64,000 bases of DNA from Lama guanicoe (lineage: Eukaryota). The notes beneath the pieces were generated by a model that was not told the DNA's origin, did not search any database, and was given only the letters and a program-made list of their open reading frames with translations. The position numbers and the translations under genes are program-made. The DNA lies in the NCBI GenBank assembly GCA_013239625.1, contig MU056277.1:1404076-1468075 (forward strand), read 5' to 3'. Every line of letters starts with the position of its first letter. The stretch's first letter is position 1. Below are positions 50,431 through 63,080 of the stretch, piece after piece.

Positions 50431-53400
50431 GAACCACCTCTGGGGGCACAGGAGGAGGAGTTCCCGGAGGGGTGCGTGGGGGTGGTGGCAGGGGCCGCGT
50501 GCGGTGGTGTGGGCCCAGGGCTCATGCAGGGAGGCTGCTGAGGGCTTGTGGCCGTCTGGGCAGGGGGACCGGCTGGGCAGGGAGAGGGCACCTTGACGGT
50601 TGCACCATAGCCCTCCTGAGTCAGCAACGTTCCGGCACCTCCTCTCCCCGGCCCACCCTGCTGCTCCGACGTTCCACAGCGCCAACGGGAGAGCTGTAAT
50701 TTATTTTTCCTTCTTGGCTACAATGAGGCTTCCAACCGGGGTGAGCTGTTCCCTCCATCCCGACTGGAGACTGGAGAGAGTGTACGGAGTGAAAGTCACC
50801 CTCCGGCGGTGCTCCATTCAGGCGCTCGGGCCTGGGGCGCCGAGGCCCCGCTTTCTCCAGCAAGACACATGCCTGAGTGTGAAATGCCATTAAAGCCTCA
50901 TTCCTCTAGTGCTGCTTCTTTTTAGAATAACAAAAACACATCAGTGGTGAGTTTCAGTATTATTTTTAATAAAAGAAAACCCTTTAATTTACATATGCTT
51001 AAGGCTGAGTAAATGAAAATGCATTATGTTGCCCCCGTTCCAGGGAATAATGAGCCCACAGGGGCAGGAGGACGCTGCCTTTCAGACCCGCACACCCAGC
51101 TCAGCCTGCCGCTGCGACGGGTGGGCGCGGGTGCTGTCAGGGCCCTGCTCCGGCTTTACAGGGGGCTGGCAGTGCCCCGTGGGAGGCTTGGGGACAGATG
51201 GATTCGTTGCCTCGAACATGGTCACAACAGCACTTGCCCTGCAAGGAGGCCCAGGGCGGCCCTGCGGCCCGCATAGCCCCTCTGACCCCCACACAGAGCG
51301 AGCCAGCAGAACAAAAGAAACCGTACACGTGGGCAAACACACGCGCACACAGAAGCCCACGTGCACACACAGAAACCGGCGTTTATGGGAACTCGGTCTC
51401 CGTTCTCAGGTCTCGCTTTCCAAGGGTGCAGGTGTGCGGGTCTGTTTCATGTCCCTGGTTCTGCTTCGCATTCTCTACCCACAAGGGTGCATCTGGGTCT
51501 GGGGGCTCCCCGCATTCTCTGGCCCTCATGCTCTGTCTGGATGGAAGGGGAGGGGTACACCAGCCCCGAGGCCGCACCTGCTCCTCCGGCCCTGCCTCAG
51601 GACCTTGCCCGACAAGGTCCAGACGTGCCCACGGCGGGGGAGGCAGCCGAGCCACCTGTGAGGATGGTGACCTGGGGCCTCCTGGGTTGGCAGGGGCTTT
51701 GCAGAGGCGGCGGCTTTTGTGCCTGTCCCTGTGGCCAAGGACGGAGGGATGGAGCCAGCCACCTGCAGGCCGAGGAGCCTGGGAGGCCCCCAGGAGACCG
51801 GCTTCCGTGACATTTACTGCCCTGGGCAAGGACACGCTCTTTTCTCTGTGTTTCTATTTTCTCCAGTTAATCAGGTGACCTGAAAAGAAGCCAGATAAGT
51901 GCATTGTTTGCCCTGACAACACCCTGATGACACCGTCTGGGGACATCGGCCGAGATGCTCCCCTTCTGAGCGATGGAGGCATTAGGGAGACCTCGCTCCC
52001 CACAGCGCACCCAGGTTAATTACCGCAGGAGACCTGGGAGTGGGCAGCTGTCATTTTTCTTCAGAAAGTACTGCTGTTTTTACTCTTGCAGCAAGAAAAT
52101 GCCAGTGAAGGAGCTTCGAAGGACCGCATTTTTCGGTTCAGTGGTGTGATCATTTTCCTAGAATGGCTGTCTGCGCTCCTATTCGAAGGACATTGTCTTG
52201 TGCATGTGATTAAATTTGGGCTGCAAGTTATGAACTGGACTAATGAAATCCATTCCTGTCTCCCAGCGGCCCATTGGCCAGCAATGAATGCGCGAGTTTA
52301 TCCACTGCAGTGTCTCTCCGGGCATCAGAGCCAGGGCATCTGCACATGCCCACCTCGGCACCAGCTCTGTTTGGAGACTTATAAGCAGGCGTGTACCAAA
52401 CAGCACAAGGTGGCTTCTGGCTTTGCACTATCCTCGAAATTATGGCAAGGAATGCCTTTCAGAGAATTGCACGGGTGGTTTTACTTCAGACCCTTATGAA
52501 CCTGTGTGAACCTCGTGATGTTTTAAAAAGGGAACTGGGGAAACAGCCTGCACTGAGAGGCCAGAGAAGCGTGTTGCATTCCTGCTGAGGTTCCCCAGGA
52601 AGGACATACTGCTTTCAGGGTTGTGACGTCTCTCTTCCCTTGGTTTTTAAACTGGATAAAGCTAGAAGTGACTAATCAGAGAGCCTGGTTCCCAGAGCGG
52701 TTTCTCCTGCTGGACCAGACTGTCTTCAGGGGCATGTCGTGTCCTGAGCATGCATCCCCGGGCTCCTTGCTCTCAGGGATGCCTGCCCTTCAGTTTCGGT
52801 CACAGGTAGACTTTGGCACACTGCTCACAATCCTCTGACACTCAGAGGGGTTGGGGAGAGTTACGCTGAAATCCTCCTCCTGCCCCTGTTTAGATGCGGG
52901 CTGCCCAGTCTGGCCTGAATGGGTCCTTAACGAGCTGGAGAGGGTGTGGAGGCTCTTGGAGTAGCAACCGGAGTGTCAGGAGGGTGACGCTGAGCCAGAA
53001 GGATGTGCTTTCCTGTCCAGTCACTGGTGCTCCGTGCGGGAAGTGCCTCGAGCTAGCTGGTGAGGAAGACCCGGGCCGCAGAGAAAGTGTCTGTCCTGGG
53101 CCTCCGGCCCGCCTCCCAGGCCTGTGGGGAAGCGGGGCAGGCATCTTGGCGGATGCAGACACCGCTCACTTCGGGAAGCCCGGCACCGATTCCATACCTT
53201 TGGCGCAGTGTCTGTGGTTGTGTAAGTGGTTCCTGTGCCTCTGCACACAGCAGGTTCGGTGCAGGGGGGCCGCAGTTCCCTGGTCGGGGTGTCCCCAGGA
53301 GAACGCAGGACCAGTGCCCGGCACCTGCCTGGGGAAGGATGCCTCAGGGTCGGCGTGGTTCGGCCCAGGTGCTGCGCAGCCACGCTCCCCCAGGGCCGAG

Positions 53401-54294
53401 GCCGATGCTAGGACGTCCTGGGAGGGACACGAATGTCTGCAGGTCAAAGCAGGTGACTCACCAGGATGCTTTTGTTTGCCTTTAAGGACATCATCTCAGC
53501 AGGCACTTGTGGGGCTGTTTCCCAAACTGAAGGCGAAGCGTGCTGCTAACCTTGCTCCTTAGCTTACAGAGAGCGGAGCATTTGGGAATGAGCTGGTGTG
53601 GGTTCGGAGCAGCCCCCCAGCTTCCCTTGGGGGGGAGTCATCGCTGTCAGAAGCATGATAGAACTGTCACAAGTGCATGAAATCAGCTCTGCAAATGGTG
53701 AAACAGGAGCCACGTTCCCTTTGTTCTGTGACAGGGTGAAAATTTCAAATTTTTCATCAAAGAGGAAAGAGAATTCCAGCACTTACACAGCTAAATAATG
53801 GGGCCCGTCCCCCTGCTCCCAGCTCGAAACCAGTGCTGAGTTGTGCAGAGCAGATTAATCCCCCTGACCCAGGGTGACGGACCGGCCGGCAGTGGCTGCA
53901 TCCTCACCAAACATGTTTTGTCTGGAGTAAAACCTGAAGCTGTAAGATGGGGTGAACATGCATGTTCAGACGGGACTCCGAGTTCCCGAGCCTCTGCCTG
54001 GCTCCTGCACACAGCTGAGGCTTCTCCTTGCAGAGGAAGACCGCCTCCCTCGCTCTGTTGACACAACCTGCTCTGGGGGCTTCAGTGCTGGGTTGGGGAA
54101 GCTGCGGGGGGTGGGGTCTGCCGGACCTGGGGGCTTCAGCTCCCGGGTCTCACTGGCTCCCGTGTCCTCAGTGGCCCTGTCTGGGTTAGTCCTGTGTCTC
54201 CGGGGAGCAGGGCCAAGCTGGTCTGCTGTTCCCCCACACTCCTGGGGAGACCACAGTGCTCGAATCAGACCTCCAGATGCCATGGGTCCCTCAG

Positions 54295-54907
54295 AGACGC
54301 CCCCTTCTCCAGGGGCCAGCTGTGCCCAAGTGGGCCGAGCGGTTCCATTGTCCTGAAGCCAGCTCTGAAGATCCGGAGGGTGTGGCCGGGGCTCCCACGT
54401 GGCCCGGCCCGGTGGGGGTTGGCTTCCCGCTGCTGCTCAGGCTGGATGCAGCGGTGAAGGGCCAGCCGGGCCGGCGTCCTGTGCAGGGTGAGGGTGCTGG
54501 TGCCTTCGCGGGCAGGGCTGGCCCTGCCGCCCGCTCTCCAGCGACTGCGGGCTGCCCTGGAGGGGGCAGGGTGGGGTGAAGGACTGGGACTGCTGGACCA
54601 GGGCAGGGCCCTCCAGACTGCTTCCACTTTGCCAGTTCACATTCTCACCAGCAGTGCACGAGGGTTCCCACCTCTCCACACCCTCGCCAGCACTTGTTGT
54701 TTCTTGTCTTTTCGGTGATGGCCATTCTGAGAGGTGTGAGGTGATACCTCGGGTGGTCTGGATGTGCGTTCCCTGGTGGTGGGTGGTGTCGAGCACTGTC
54801 TTCTGGACCTGCTGGCCGCCTGTGTCTTCATTGGAAAACCCCCCGTTTAGGACCTCTGCTCGCTTTTTAATAGGATTGTTTTCATGATTTTGAGATATGA
54901 GTTCTTC
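54295..54907 (-). mobile_element. LINE-1 ORF2 C-terminal fragment (inverted 5' part of a twin-primed L1)
   Basis: ORF 54437-54958(-) contains [19 protein letters not shown], resembling L1 ORF2 NNPIKKWAKDLNRHFSKED. Nucleotide match: acattctcaccagcagtgcacgagggttccc...ggccattctgagaggtgtgaggtgatacctc. The left ~300 bp is very diverged, so that boundary is approximate. Confidence 0.85.
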
Positions 54908-55266
54908 CACTAAGCGAAATAAGACGGATGGAGAAAGACAAACCCTGGACGCCTTCACTTACATGTGGGATCTGAAGAACAAAAATGAGCAAATACAACA
55001 AAACAAATACTCGCAGATACAGGGAACAACCTGGGTGGTTGGCAGGGGTGGGGGCTGGGGGGTGAGGGTTGGGTGAAGCAGGTGAAGGGGACGAACAGGT
55101 AGCAACTGCCAGTTATGAGGTAAGTCAGCCACAGGCTGGGACGCACAGCACAAGGGACACAGTAATGCTGTGACCACTTTCTGTGGTGCGTAATTGGAAA
55201 AACAACGCATCACTGTCATAACCTGAAACTGTGTAATACTGTAAGTCAACTTCAGTTTTTAAAAAG
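54908..55266 (+). mobile_element. LINE-1 3' end (L1MA-like, laurasiatherian type)
   Basis: ctaagcgaaataagacggatggagaaagacaaa; tcacttacatgtgggatct; G-rich 3' UTR tract; acctgaaactgtgtaatactgtaagtcaact, then an A-rich end. Confidence 0.88.
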
Positions 55267-55486
55267 ACCGTTAAAAAAGGCAGCTTTGAAACATCCAAAT
55301 TCAGATGTGGTTTTCCTCCAACTGAGGGAGGTACGGAATCGGAGTCGCTGTGTCCCTTCAATTCACACGTGGAACAAGCTTGCCTGGTGTGCTTTGTAGC
55401 TTGTCACGGTACGGGGTGGGAATAAACATGCCGTGAGGCCTCGTGTACATGTTCCAGGTGAGCATGGCGGAAGGACAGCTCCGCGT

Positions 55487-55825
55487 CGTACCTGTTTGCT
55501 CGGCCGTGTGAGCAGAGCTGCCTTCCACATTTCTCTGGCTGGCACGTGCATCAGGCTTCATTCCGACTGCCGCTTCCTCCTGAGGCCTCTCCTCGGCCTG
55601 CACACACGTCTTCTCCCCTGGCCCCACGTGGTCCCTCGTGCGTATCTGTCTCCTGATCTTTCCTCATGAGGATGCCGGACAGACTAGATCAGGGCCCACC
55701 GATGGGGCCGCACGTAACAACTACCTCTTTAAAAGCCCCTCCTCCGAATGCAGGGCCCAGATTCTGAGAACTGGAGGTCAGGGCTCGACATACAGATTTG
55801 GGCGGGCACAGTTCAGCCTATGACG
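55487..55825 (-). mobile_element. MLT1A0-like solo LTR
   Basis: tcctgaggcctctcctcggcctgca; gatcagggcccacc; tacctctttaaaagccc; ttctgagaactggaggtcagggctcgacataca; gcacagttcagcctatgac. Confidence 0.85.
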
Positions 55826-58800
55826 GCAGCCTTTCCCGTCCTTGCTCTGCACACCTGCCTGTAGGAAAAGGAACGCTTTTGTCCCCAGGTAGGAGGCTGG
55901 GTGTGTTTGCAGTGACGTCGAGGATCTAGATCACTTAGGAAACAAGCTGAGTTCAGCCTCACGAGCCACGTTTTAGGAAGAACATCACTCACTTTTAAAT
56001 ATCTAAAAATAACCTCTGTGTTACCATTTTCTTTTTAGGTTTTCTATACCCTTTTTTCATAATTTAAAACCGTGGTAAGAAACTAAAGTTATAGAATGTT
56101 TTAAAATTCAAAACTTTTCACTGAAAAATCATGGAGCTCTTGTTTACAATCAGCAGCCGCCTTCCCAAGCGTGTTCCCTGCGGGTGTGTGCGTGCCCCAG
56201 GCAGACTGCCGGCTCGGGGCCCCCCCACTGCTGGGCGGTGGCACAGGGTCACAGCGGCCCTCCTCTGCTGCACACCTGTCATCAGCCTTCGGTGGATTTT
56301 GGGGACGGAAGCCTTTCCCACAATTAAGGAGCCCCGAGGGGATTAATCTGCTCCTTGTAGTCTTGTCAGGAACAGGATACTGTAATCCAGGTGTTGGCTG
56401 GCGTCCAGCCCTGGCCAGCTCGGCTGGGCCTGCCGAGGGGCCACCGCGGCCCCCCGGCCCCCTGCGCCCTTTGTGTCCGCTGCAGGACGAGAGGTGATGG
56501 TGTCACTGACTTCCAAGCCACTTGCAGGGCCCTGGGATAGCTCTCGTTGTTGGCTGGCTGAGGGCGGCCTACGCTGGGGGTGCAACAAACAGTCAGGCCG
56601 CCTTCTCCCGAAACCTGTAGGACAGGCAGCTCCTGGTTCCTGGGGAGCGGCCGCTGCCGGTCGCATTAGGCTGTCCCACCTCTGTCTCCGAGCAAGTTCT
56701 GGAAGATGCCTAATATGCTTGATTCTGGGAAGAGCTTTGTGCTCGTTCCCTGTGGGAACTCAGGGCGCTGAGGATAATTTCCAAAGGAGTTGACCTCGAT
56801 CCTTTTTGGTGGTGAAGTGCTAATAAAATGGGATCAAGCTGGCTTAGATGTCTCCCAGCTGGTGTTCCGAGCTCCCCCGACAACTGACGTGCATCAAACG
56901 TGAATCCCTCCCCTGTGTCCTTCCGGGCATTGTCACCCTGGTGTCATCACCCGAGCGCCGTGTGGGATGGACTGGGCTGTGCCCAGGGTCTCCCTGTCCG
57001 CCTTTCTCACTGGGGACCTCACTCCTTCTTTACCACCGACCTCATCTCACAGATGATTCCATAGACTCAGAGTTTCAGCCAGTGTCGGGGATGGACCCGC
57101 CCCACGTGGTCGCAGGGGCTGGAGAACCGCCACCCTTTCGCGGACCCTCCCCTGGGAGCGGAGTGCAGGTTGAGCTGACAGGTGCAGGGCCTGGGCGGCT
57201 TTCCTGTGGCTCTCTCCTACACGACAGGCCACACGTCTCGGGTAGCCTCCTGTGCCAGGCAGTTGTCTAGAAGGGCTGCCTTTTTCTCTGAAGGATGGTA
57301 TTTTAGAACTTTTTCTTTACTAAGAGAGTCGCCAGGGTTGGGCGCCTGGGAAGACACATTCCGAGCCCCGATTTTGTGTGCAGGAAGTTTCCCGGGAGGT
57401 CTCTTGAGAACACTCTGTGTGTGGGCAGAGGAGGGGCTGAGTGGCAGTGAGGCCTCGGTCATCCTCGGGGTGGGGGGCTCTGTGGCAGGGACACCCCCTC
57501 CTCCCATGTGCTGAGGTCACCCTTTCCACCTGCTCCACCAGCCGGTCATGAGGGACCTGCCCTGCGGGGTGGCTGGGGGGAGACGGGCCAGCAGTGGGAG
57601 AGGGCTGGGGGTCGGGCCCTTCCCTGGGAGTGTTTGACCCCAGAGGTCCCCCGTGCTTGGCAGGATTGCTAGGGTCTGTGGGCGTGAGGACTTGGTGGGC
57701 CTGACAGTTCCCACTCATGACACAGTCCTGGGGACCTGGTTACTCGACGTCCACTCACAGAACCAGAGGAGAGTCTCCATCAGCGTGCTGCCCAACGCTC
57801 AGCATGACATTTCCGTGCTGTGGACACTTCCAGCACGCAGTACTAGGGCCTTCGAGGCCGCAGAGTCCCCGGGGAGGGCTGTCTGCGGCGCTGTCTGGGC
57901 CCACCACACGCCCCTTCCCTTCCCTGGGCCCCCGAGAGCTGGGACGTGTGCCCCAGCCTGCAGTGTGCTGCCTGCGGAGCCCAGAGAGGCCCTGGGTCCT
58001 GGCTCTTCCTGCGGGGTAGACGGTGTGAGTGCTGGCCATGTCCCCTTTACTCGAGAGGGCGGGTCTCAGCCCGAAACTGCTGGATACTAGGGCTTGTCAG
58101 CTGCTCTCTGGAGCTCCCGTGTCTCAGTGTGGCCTTCAGCGTGGTTCCGGCGGTCCGATGGCATCGACACAGTGGGCTAGGGTGGGTTCTAAGGAGAACT
58201 GGGGCGATCCACTTCCTGCAGGGCCCCCTTGGCAGAGCTCAGGGAGTTAACTCTGCCTCCATCCACGTGAATGTGAGTGGCTTCTGGTCAGACTTCTTGT
58301 CGGGGACGGACAGAGCTCTTCCTGGACCAGTGCCTGCCTCCCATGTTCCTGACACCCTAGGAGCCTGTCCTGGTGGGGGTGCCGCACTGGGCACACAGCT
58401 GCTGCACCGGGCACTCGGCTGCAGCACCGGGCCCTCGGCTGCTCGGCTGAGTCTGCAGCTCTCGGGCTCCCTGGAGGTTTCGCAGGGGACGCGCGGGTGA
58501 GTTAGGTGGAGAGACGGCCACCCCCTCATCCTTCAGGTCCTTCTGGAGAACAGTGTGTCTCTGATTCGCTGATTTACCTGGGAGGGGCAGATTTTGAGGC
58601 TTCCTCGAACCCTCTCCACCATGATAGCTCTCATCCCACAGTCCAGCAAACCACCTGGGTCCATTCCAGCTTTAGGAAAGACGCGTTCTCAGAACAGACG
58701 TGGGAGCCGGGGAGACGGCCGCCGTGTGGGTCTGCGGCGGGGCCCTGCTGATGTTCCGTGTCTGGATGTCTGTGCTGCTTCAGGCCCCGGTTCCCCCAAA

Positions 58801-60397
58801 GGTCGGGCTGCTCTCCTTTCCCTCCGGTCCCACGACCCCGGCAGTGGCTGTAGGTCTGTTTAGAAAAGGTCCGAGGAGCAAGTTACCATGTGCACTGGGT
58901 GTTATGAGAAAATTGAGTACCCCCCATGGAAGCTGCAGAGGCCCGAGTCGGCACAGCGTGCGGCGCGCTGCCAGTGCTTCGGAAGAGGCGCGGCGCCAGC
59001 CTCGCCGCTAGGCCTCTCACAGGGGCTTCCAGGAATGTTGAGTTGGTCTCTCTAAGTTTAACCTTTAACTGTGGGTGCCCCCAGCTCCTCCCCTACAGGC
59101 CAGTGGCACAGGGAGCTGGGGTGGCGTCTTGTAGCGCGGAGAGTCTTACAGGACCCAGCTCCCGCTCCCGGCCAGTGGCGACGCAGGGATCACCACCAGT
59201 GCCGGTCATGGGTTCCCGTCCAGCGGCTCAGAGCCTCGTGTCACGGGCCGGGAGGAGGCTGGGGCTGAGGCTGACTCTCGGGGGTGACTGCCCTCGCAGT
59301 GGAAGGTCGCGGTGCTTCCTCAGTGTGGTAGCAACGCCTTCGGGCTGGTTTCTCCCTAGGCTTTCACCCAGGCGGGTGTCCCCGGCGCACCCCGACTGCT
59401 GCCCTCTTTCCGCCCTTACACCGCGTGGACTTCCTTGCCCAGGTGTTAGCAAGTGTCTTACCTAGTCTGCGGTCCTGACAAGCATTTTTTCAAGCACCTT
59501 GCTTCTTCTGCAATTGCTCTGTTCTTGTGAACGCATCGTAATAATTTCCCGTTGCCACGTGCTCTGTAGAAAGCAGAGCTCCTGATAAACAAGAGACTCG
59601 CTGGGGAAAGGGCCCTTGAACCGTGGGGATTCCCTAGGAGGATGAAGTGGGATGTGATTCTATACTTAACAAGATGCTCTCGAGGTAAAGCTGGCGTATT
59701 TTTATTTGGAAGACTGTGCGTATAAGTATAATGATTTAGTAAAATTAGTTAGCTCATACCTAGAATTTTGTTTCAAAAATATAGCTGTTGAACCAAGCAG
59801 GAAGGTTTCCTAGAGGGCGCAGACTGCGGCCTGGCCTTCTGCGGGAGGCTGGATGCCAGGTGGGGCAGCACAGCGTTCGGAGCAGGCGGGGCTGAGCGCG
59901 GCCGGCAGGGAGCAGGGCGGCCGATTTGGGGATCCCTTGCTCACCAGCAGATTGACTTCTCCCCTCGGCGCCCCTTGGCAGAGCTCTCCTGCCCCCCCCA
60001 CGACAAGGCAGGGCTGAGCAAGTCCATTTCCTGTCTAGGCGTGTTTGCTTTGTGGCTTCTTTGCTGACTTGTGTTTGTGTGGTGCTCCTCCAATGCCAGG
60101 ACTGTGAGTGCAGGAGGTGGTGTGTGTAATTGCAGAGGCCCCTTGGGTCGTTTTAGACACGAGATTTACATAAGGAGAGTGGACCCGAGCGCAGCCGGCG
60201 GGGAGGGAGGCAAGGCCCGGGTCACTCCAGAGGCTCGTCACTCGGGGGGTCAGCACGTGAGCAAGTGCAAACAATGCAGACGGGCGTGTCTCACACACAC
60301 GCTCGCACACGGTTGTCTCTTGCGGTCTGGAGTCGACACAAGCCCTCTGAAACCAGCTTGGCCCTGGTCGTGTTCTGATTCAGCCTAATCATGTGCA

Positions 60398-60538
60398 AGT
60401 CGCTGCCTCTGGAGTTCGGACACGCGGGCAAGTTCCTGGGGACCCTGACAAAGTGCAAATTCTCATCCTTTCAGTTTGAGAGGGGCCCAGGGGACACTGG
60501 TGCTGTGGGTTTGGGGACCACGCTCTGAGCATCACAGC
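60398..60538. mobile_element. MER5A-like (hAT-Charlie) MITE
   Basis: cctggggaccctgacaaagtgcaaattctcat...ggggcccag...gctgtgggtttggggaccacgctctgagcatcacag. Confidence 0.6.
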
Positions 60539-60959
60539 TCTGGGCCCCTTAGGGAATGAAGTCTAAGGATGGGAGGTCCCCGAGACCCTGCAGCTGCCGG
60601 ATCAGAACCGCCACCACTGCGGGCAGGGAGGAGCCTGGTAGTGGGATGCGGCCACCACCTGGCCTGTCCTCGCGGGGTGACCTCCTGCTCCTGCCTGGCT
60701 GCCACCCAGACCTTGGTCCGTGGCTGACCCTGGGGTGAGGGCGAAGGTGCAGGCCAGTCACTCAGGAGGATGGTGGGGGGTGGGCCCTGAGCCCTTTCCT
60801 CTCCTGAGGTCTTTGCAGAAGAAACTCACCAGCCTCCCAATGGTCCAAGTCAGAAAACACACTTTTCTTTTACTGAGCTTCTCCAGCCCATCTCCACCCT
60901 GTCTCCTAAGCAGCCCCCGGAGCCACTTCTCTGACCTTCAGCCTCTGCTGGGCACAGAC

Positions 60960-61170
60960 CCCTCGCCGCTAGCCGTGACCTCCACCTGCAGTCTGTCCTG
61001 TCTCAGCCCCGTGGGTCCCTCCGGAAAATGCGAATTCACTGCTCTTCCTTGTGGAAGTGTCCAGTGGCTTCTCCTTGCCCTGGGGACAAACTTTACAGTC
61101 TTTAATTTGGCTGAGAAGGTTGTGTCATTGGATCCCTGCCCCTTCAAGTCTCACCTCTCACCCTCTTTCC
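60960..61170 (+). mobile_element. LINE-2 fragment
   Basis: aaaatgcgaattc; tccagtggcttctccttgccctggggacaaa; ggatccctgcccc..caagtctcacctc. Confidence 0.6.
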
Positions 61171-61244
61171 AGGAACCATCACCTACTGTGGGGCCAAAAC
61201 AGTGAAATTACAACAGTTAACAACTCACAGTATGATGGTAGGAG

Positions 61245-61440
61245 TGGCTACCGCTCGCTGAGTTCTTCCTTAGTTAGCAGGCACGGACGCCACTCAGATA
61301 CTGTTTTGTTTACGCTCATGATTGCTTAGTGTCACCAGTATAATTACCTTTGTCATACAGGTGAGGGAACTTCAACACGGGAAAAAATTTTGAATTGTGT
61401 AAGTTAGCCCAGCTAACAAATGGAAGAGGGGCGGGGGCTT
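61245..61440 (-). mobile_element. MIR SINE
   Basis: ctgagttcttcc...caggcac; catacaggtgagggaact; cagctaacaaatgg. Confidence 0.5.
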
Positions 61441-61487
61441 TCAGAGTGGTCTAGCGATGCAGGTCTCCTGGGCAATGTAATGGCGGC

Positions 61488-61607
61488 GTGTGTGTAAGGG
61501 GGTGTGTGTGTCTGGGTCTGGGTATCTGTGTGTGTGCGCGTTTGTGTGTAAGGGGGGGTGTGTCTCTGAGTGTCTCTGTGTGTGTCGGGGTGTGCGCTTT
61601 GGGTGTG
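61488..61607. repeat. (TG)-rich imperfect repeat with a duplicated gtgtgtaaggggg unit
   Basis: gtgtgtaagggggtgtgt near 61490 recurs as gtgtgtaagggggggtgtgt near 61544. Confidence 0.75.
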
Positions 61608-62984
61608 TTGAGCTGAGGAGTGAGGAAGACCACTGCTTTCTTTCTCTGGGACTGGAGACACCCCCCCATAAGAGGCCCAACCTTGTCCTGCGTCTACGTG
61701 TCCAGACTCTGCTCCGTGCAGAAGACACAGGGACTCCCTCAGACTGTCTTTTCTGACCCACAGACTTCAGTCTTCCCGGAACTAGGTCACGTGACGGGCT
61801 GGGATTTACATCGCACGTCGCTGCTCACTTGCCGTAGACCTGGTTGCATGCTGTGCTGACCTAAAGAGTAAGAATCTCATTTACCTTTAAAAATGGTTAG
61901 ACCCAAATGTTCAGCTCGACACTGAAGCCCTCAAGTTTGGAGAAGAATCTCCTCCAGCTTCTGCTCTCGCGGCAGAAAGAAGAGTCGTGCGGGGCTGACA
62001 GGCCTTCCGAGCTCCCCCGTGTTCCCTGAGCCGGCGAGCGGGCGTCACGGCCGTGAGAGCCCGCCTGCTGCTGTCCGAGCTCCCCGGACCGGCAGCGCGC
62101 TCGTTCCGTGGCATCGGGCTGTCTCGTCCAGGTCAGTGTTTTCAAGGTGCTGGTCGGGCGCGGCTCTGGTTTCCTAGGTCTCCTCGCCCTGGTTCAGCTG
62201 TTCGGCATTATTTGGCGAGGAACAGAGACACCACAGCACGCCAGCCCGCATTTTATTCAAAACAACAAGCAAGCAGAACTTTGCTTCGGGGTTTAGCAAA
62301 TCTGAGGAGACCTCCACCCACAAAGTCACAGGGCCCCTCCTCGTGCGTTTTGGAGAAGAAGGGGAAGAGTGATTCAAATATGTACTAGCTCAAAGTGAAG
62401 CCCAACCATGACATGCTGGGAGGAAGGTGGGTCACCCAGTAGGAAAAAGGTGAGAGACTGCCTGCTTTCACTTGCAGCCTTAATTGAAAAATGAGGGCGC
62501 TCTCTGCCTATGCTGCTGTCAGGAAGCAGGGCGTGCGTCCGGGGGAAGGCGTGCAGATGGACGGGAAGAGAAATGTGCAACGAAGGAGTTAGTACAGAGA
62601 AACTGTGAAAAAACACGACAGAATTTCCGGATGCCGTTTGTTCTCAGAAAAGTCTTAATAGCGACGCATCAGGTAGACCCTCCTGGGGACTGAGCGAGGA
62701 CGTGCAAATCATGTCTATTTAGGGTTCACCCAGCTGGCCCCCTTCTCTCCCCCTCCAACCTCCCTCAGACAGTGGGTGACCCTCTGCTCCTCCCCTTCTC
62801 TCCCTGAGCGCAGGTGTGCTGCAGGGCGAGCCGGCTTTTTTGTTTTTCCTGGAAAGGGGGAAGTATAGGCCGTGGAATGATGGCGAATTCCCCTCTTCTT
62901 CCTCTGGTCCCCGACTCTGCTGCAGTGAATACTGGGGACCCATGGTGGCCCTGATTCCCTCTGCCCCCGCCTTCCTCCTCTGAG

Positions 62985-63080
62985 CGCCTGGTCTCTCTCG
63001 TGCCAGCAGTGGGCTCCGCACCTTGCGCACAGTGGGTGCGTGGTAGATGCGTGTGGAAGGAAGGGTTCAGTGAGTTAATA
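62985..63080 (+). mobile_element. LINE-2 3' end
   Basis: gcaccttgcgcacagtgggtgcgtggtagatgcgtgtggaaggaaggg resembles gcctggcacatagtaggcgctcaataaatgtttgttgaatgaatg. Confidence 0.45.

Noticed and set aside
51026-51878. Overlapping 211-aa and 226-aa ORFs
   Set aside because: Several frames on both strands are open simultaneously, indicating stop-codon depletion rather than coding.
52894-53562. 222-aa ORF
   Set aside because: No recognisable family; low-complexity G/P/A/C composition.
59807-59822. CTCF-like motif cctagagggcgc
   Set aside because: The 5' core (CCAC/CCAG) is mismatched; too weak without ChIP data.
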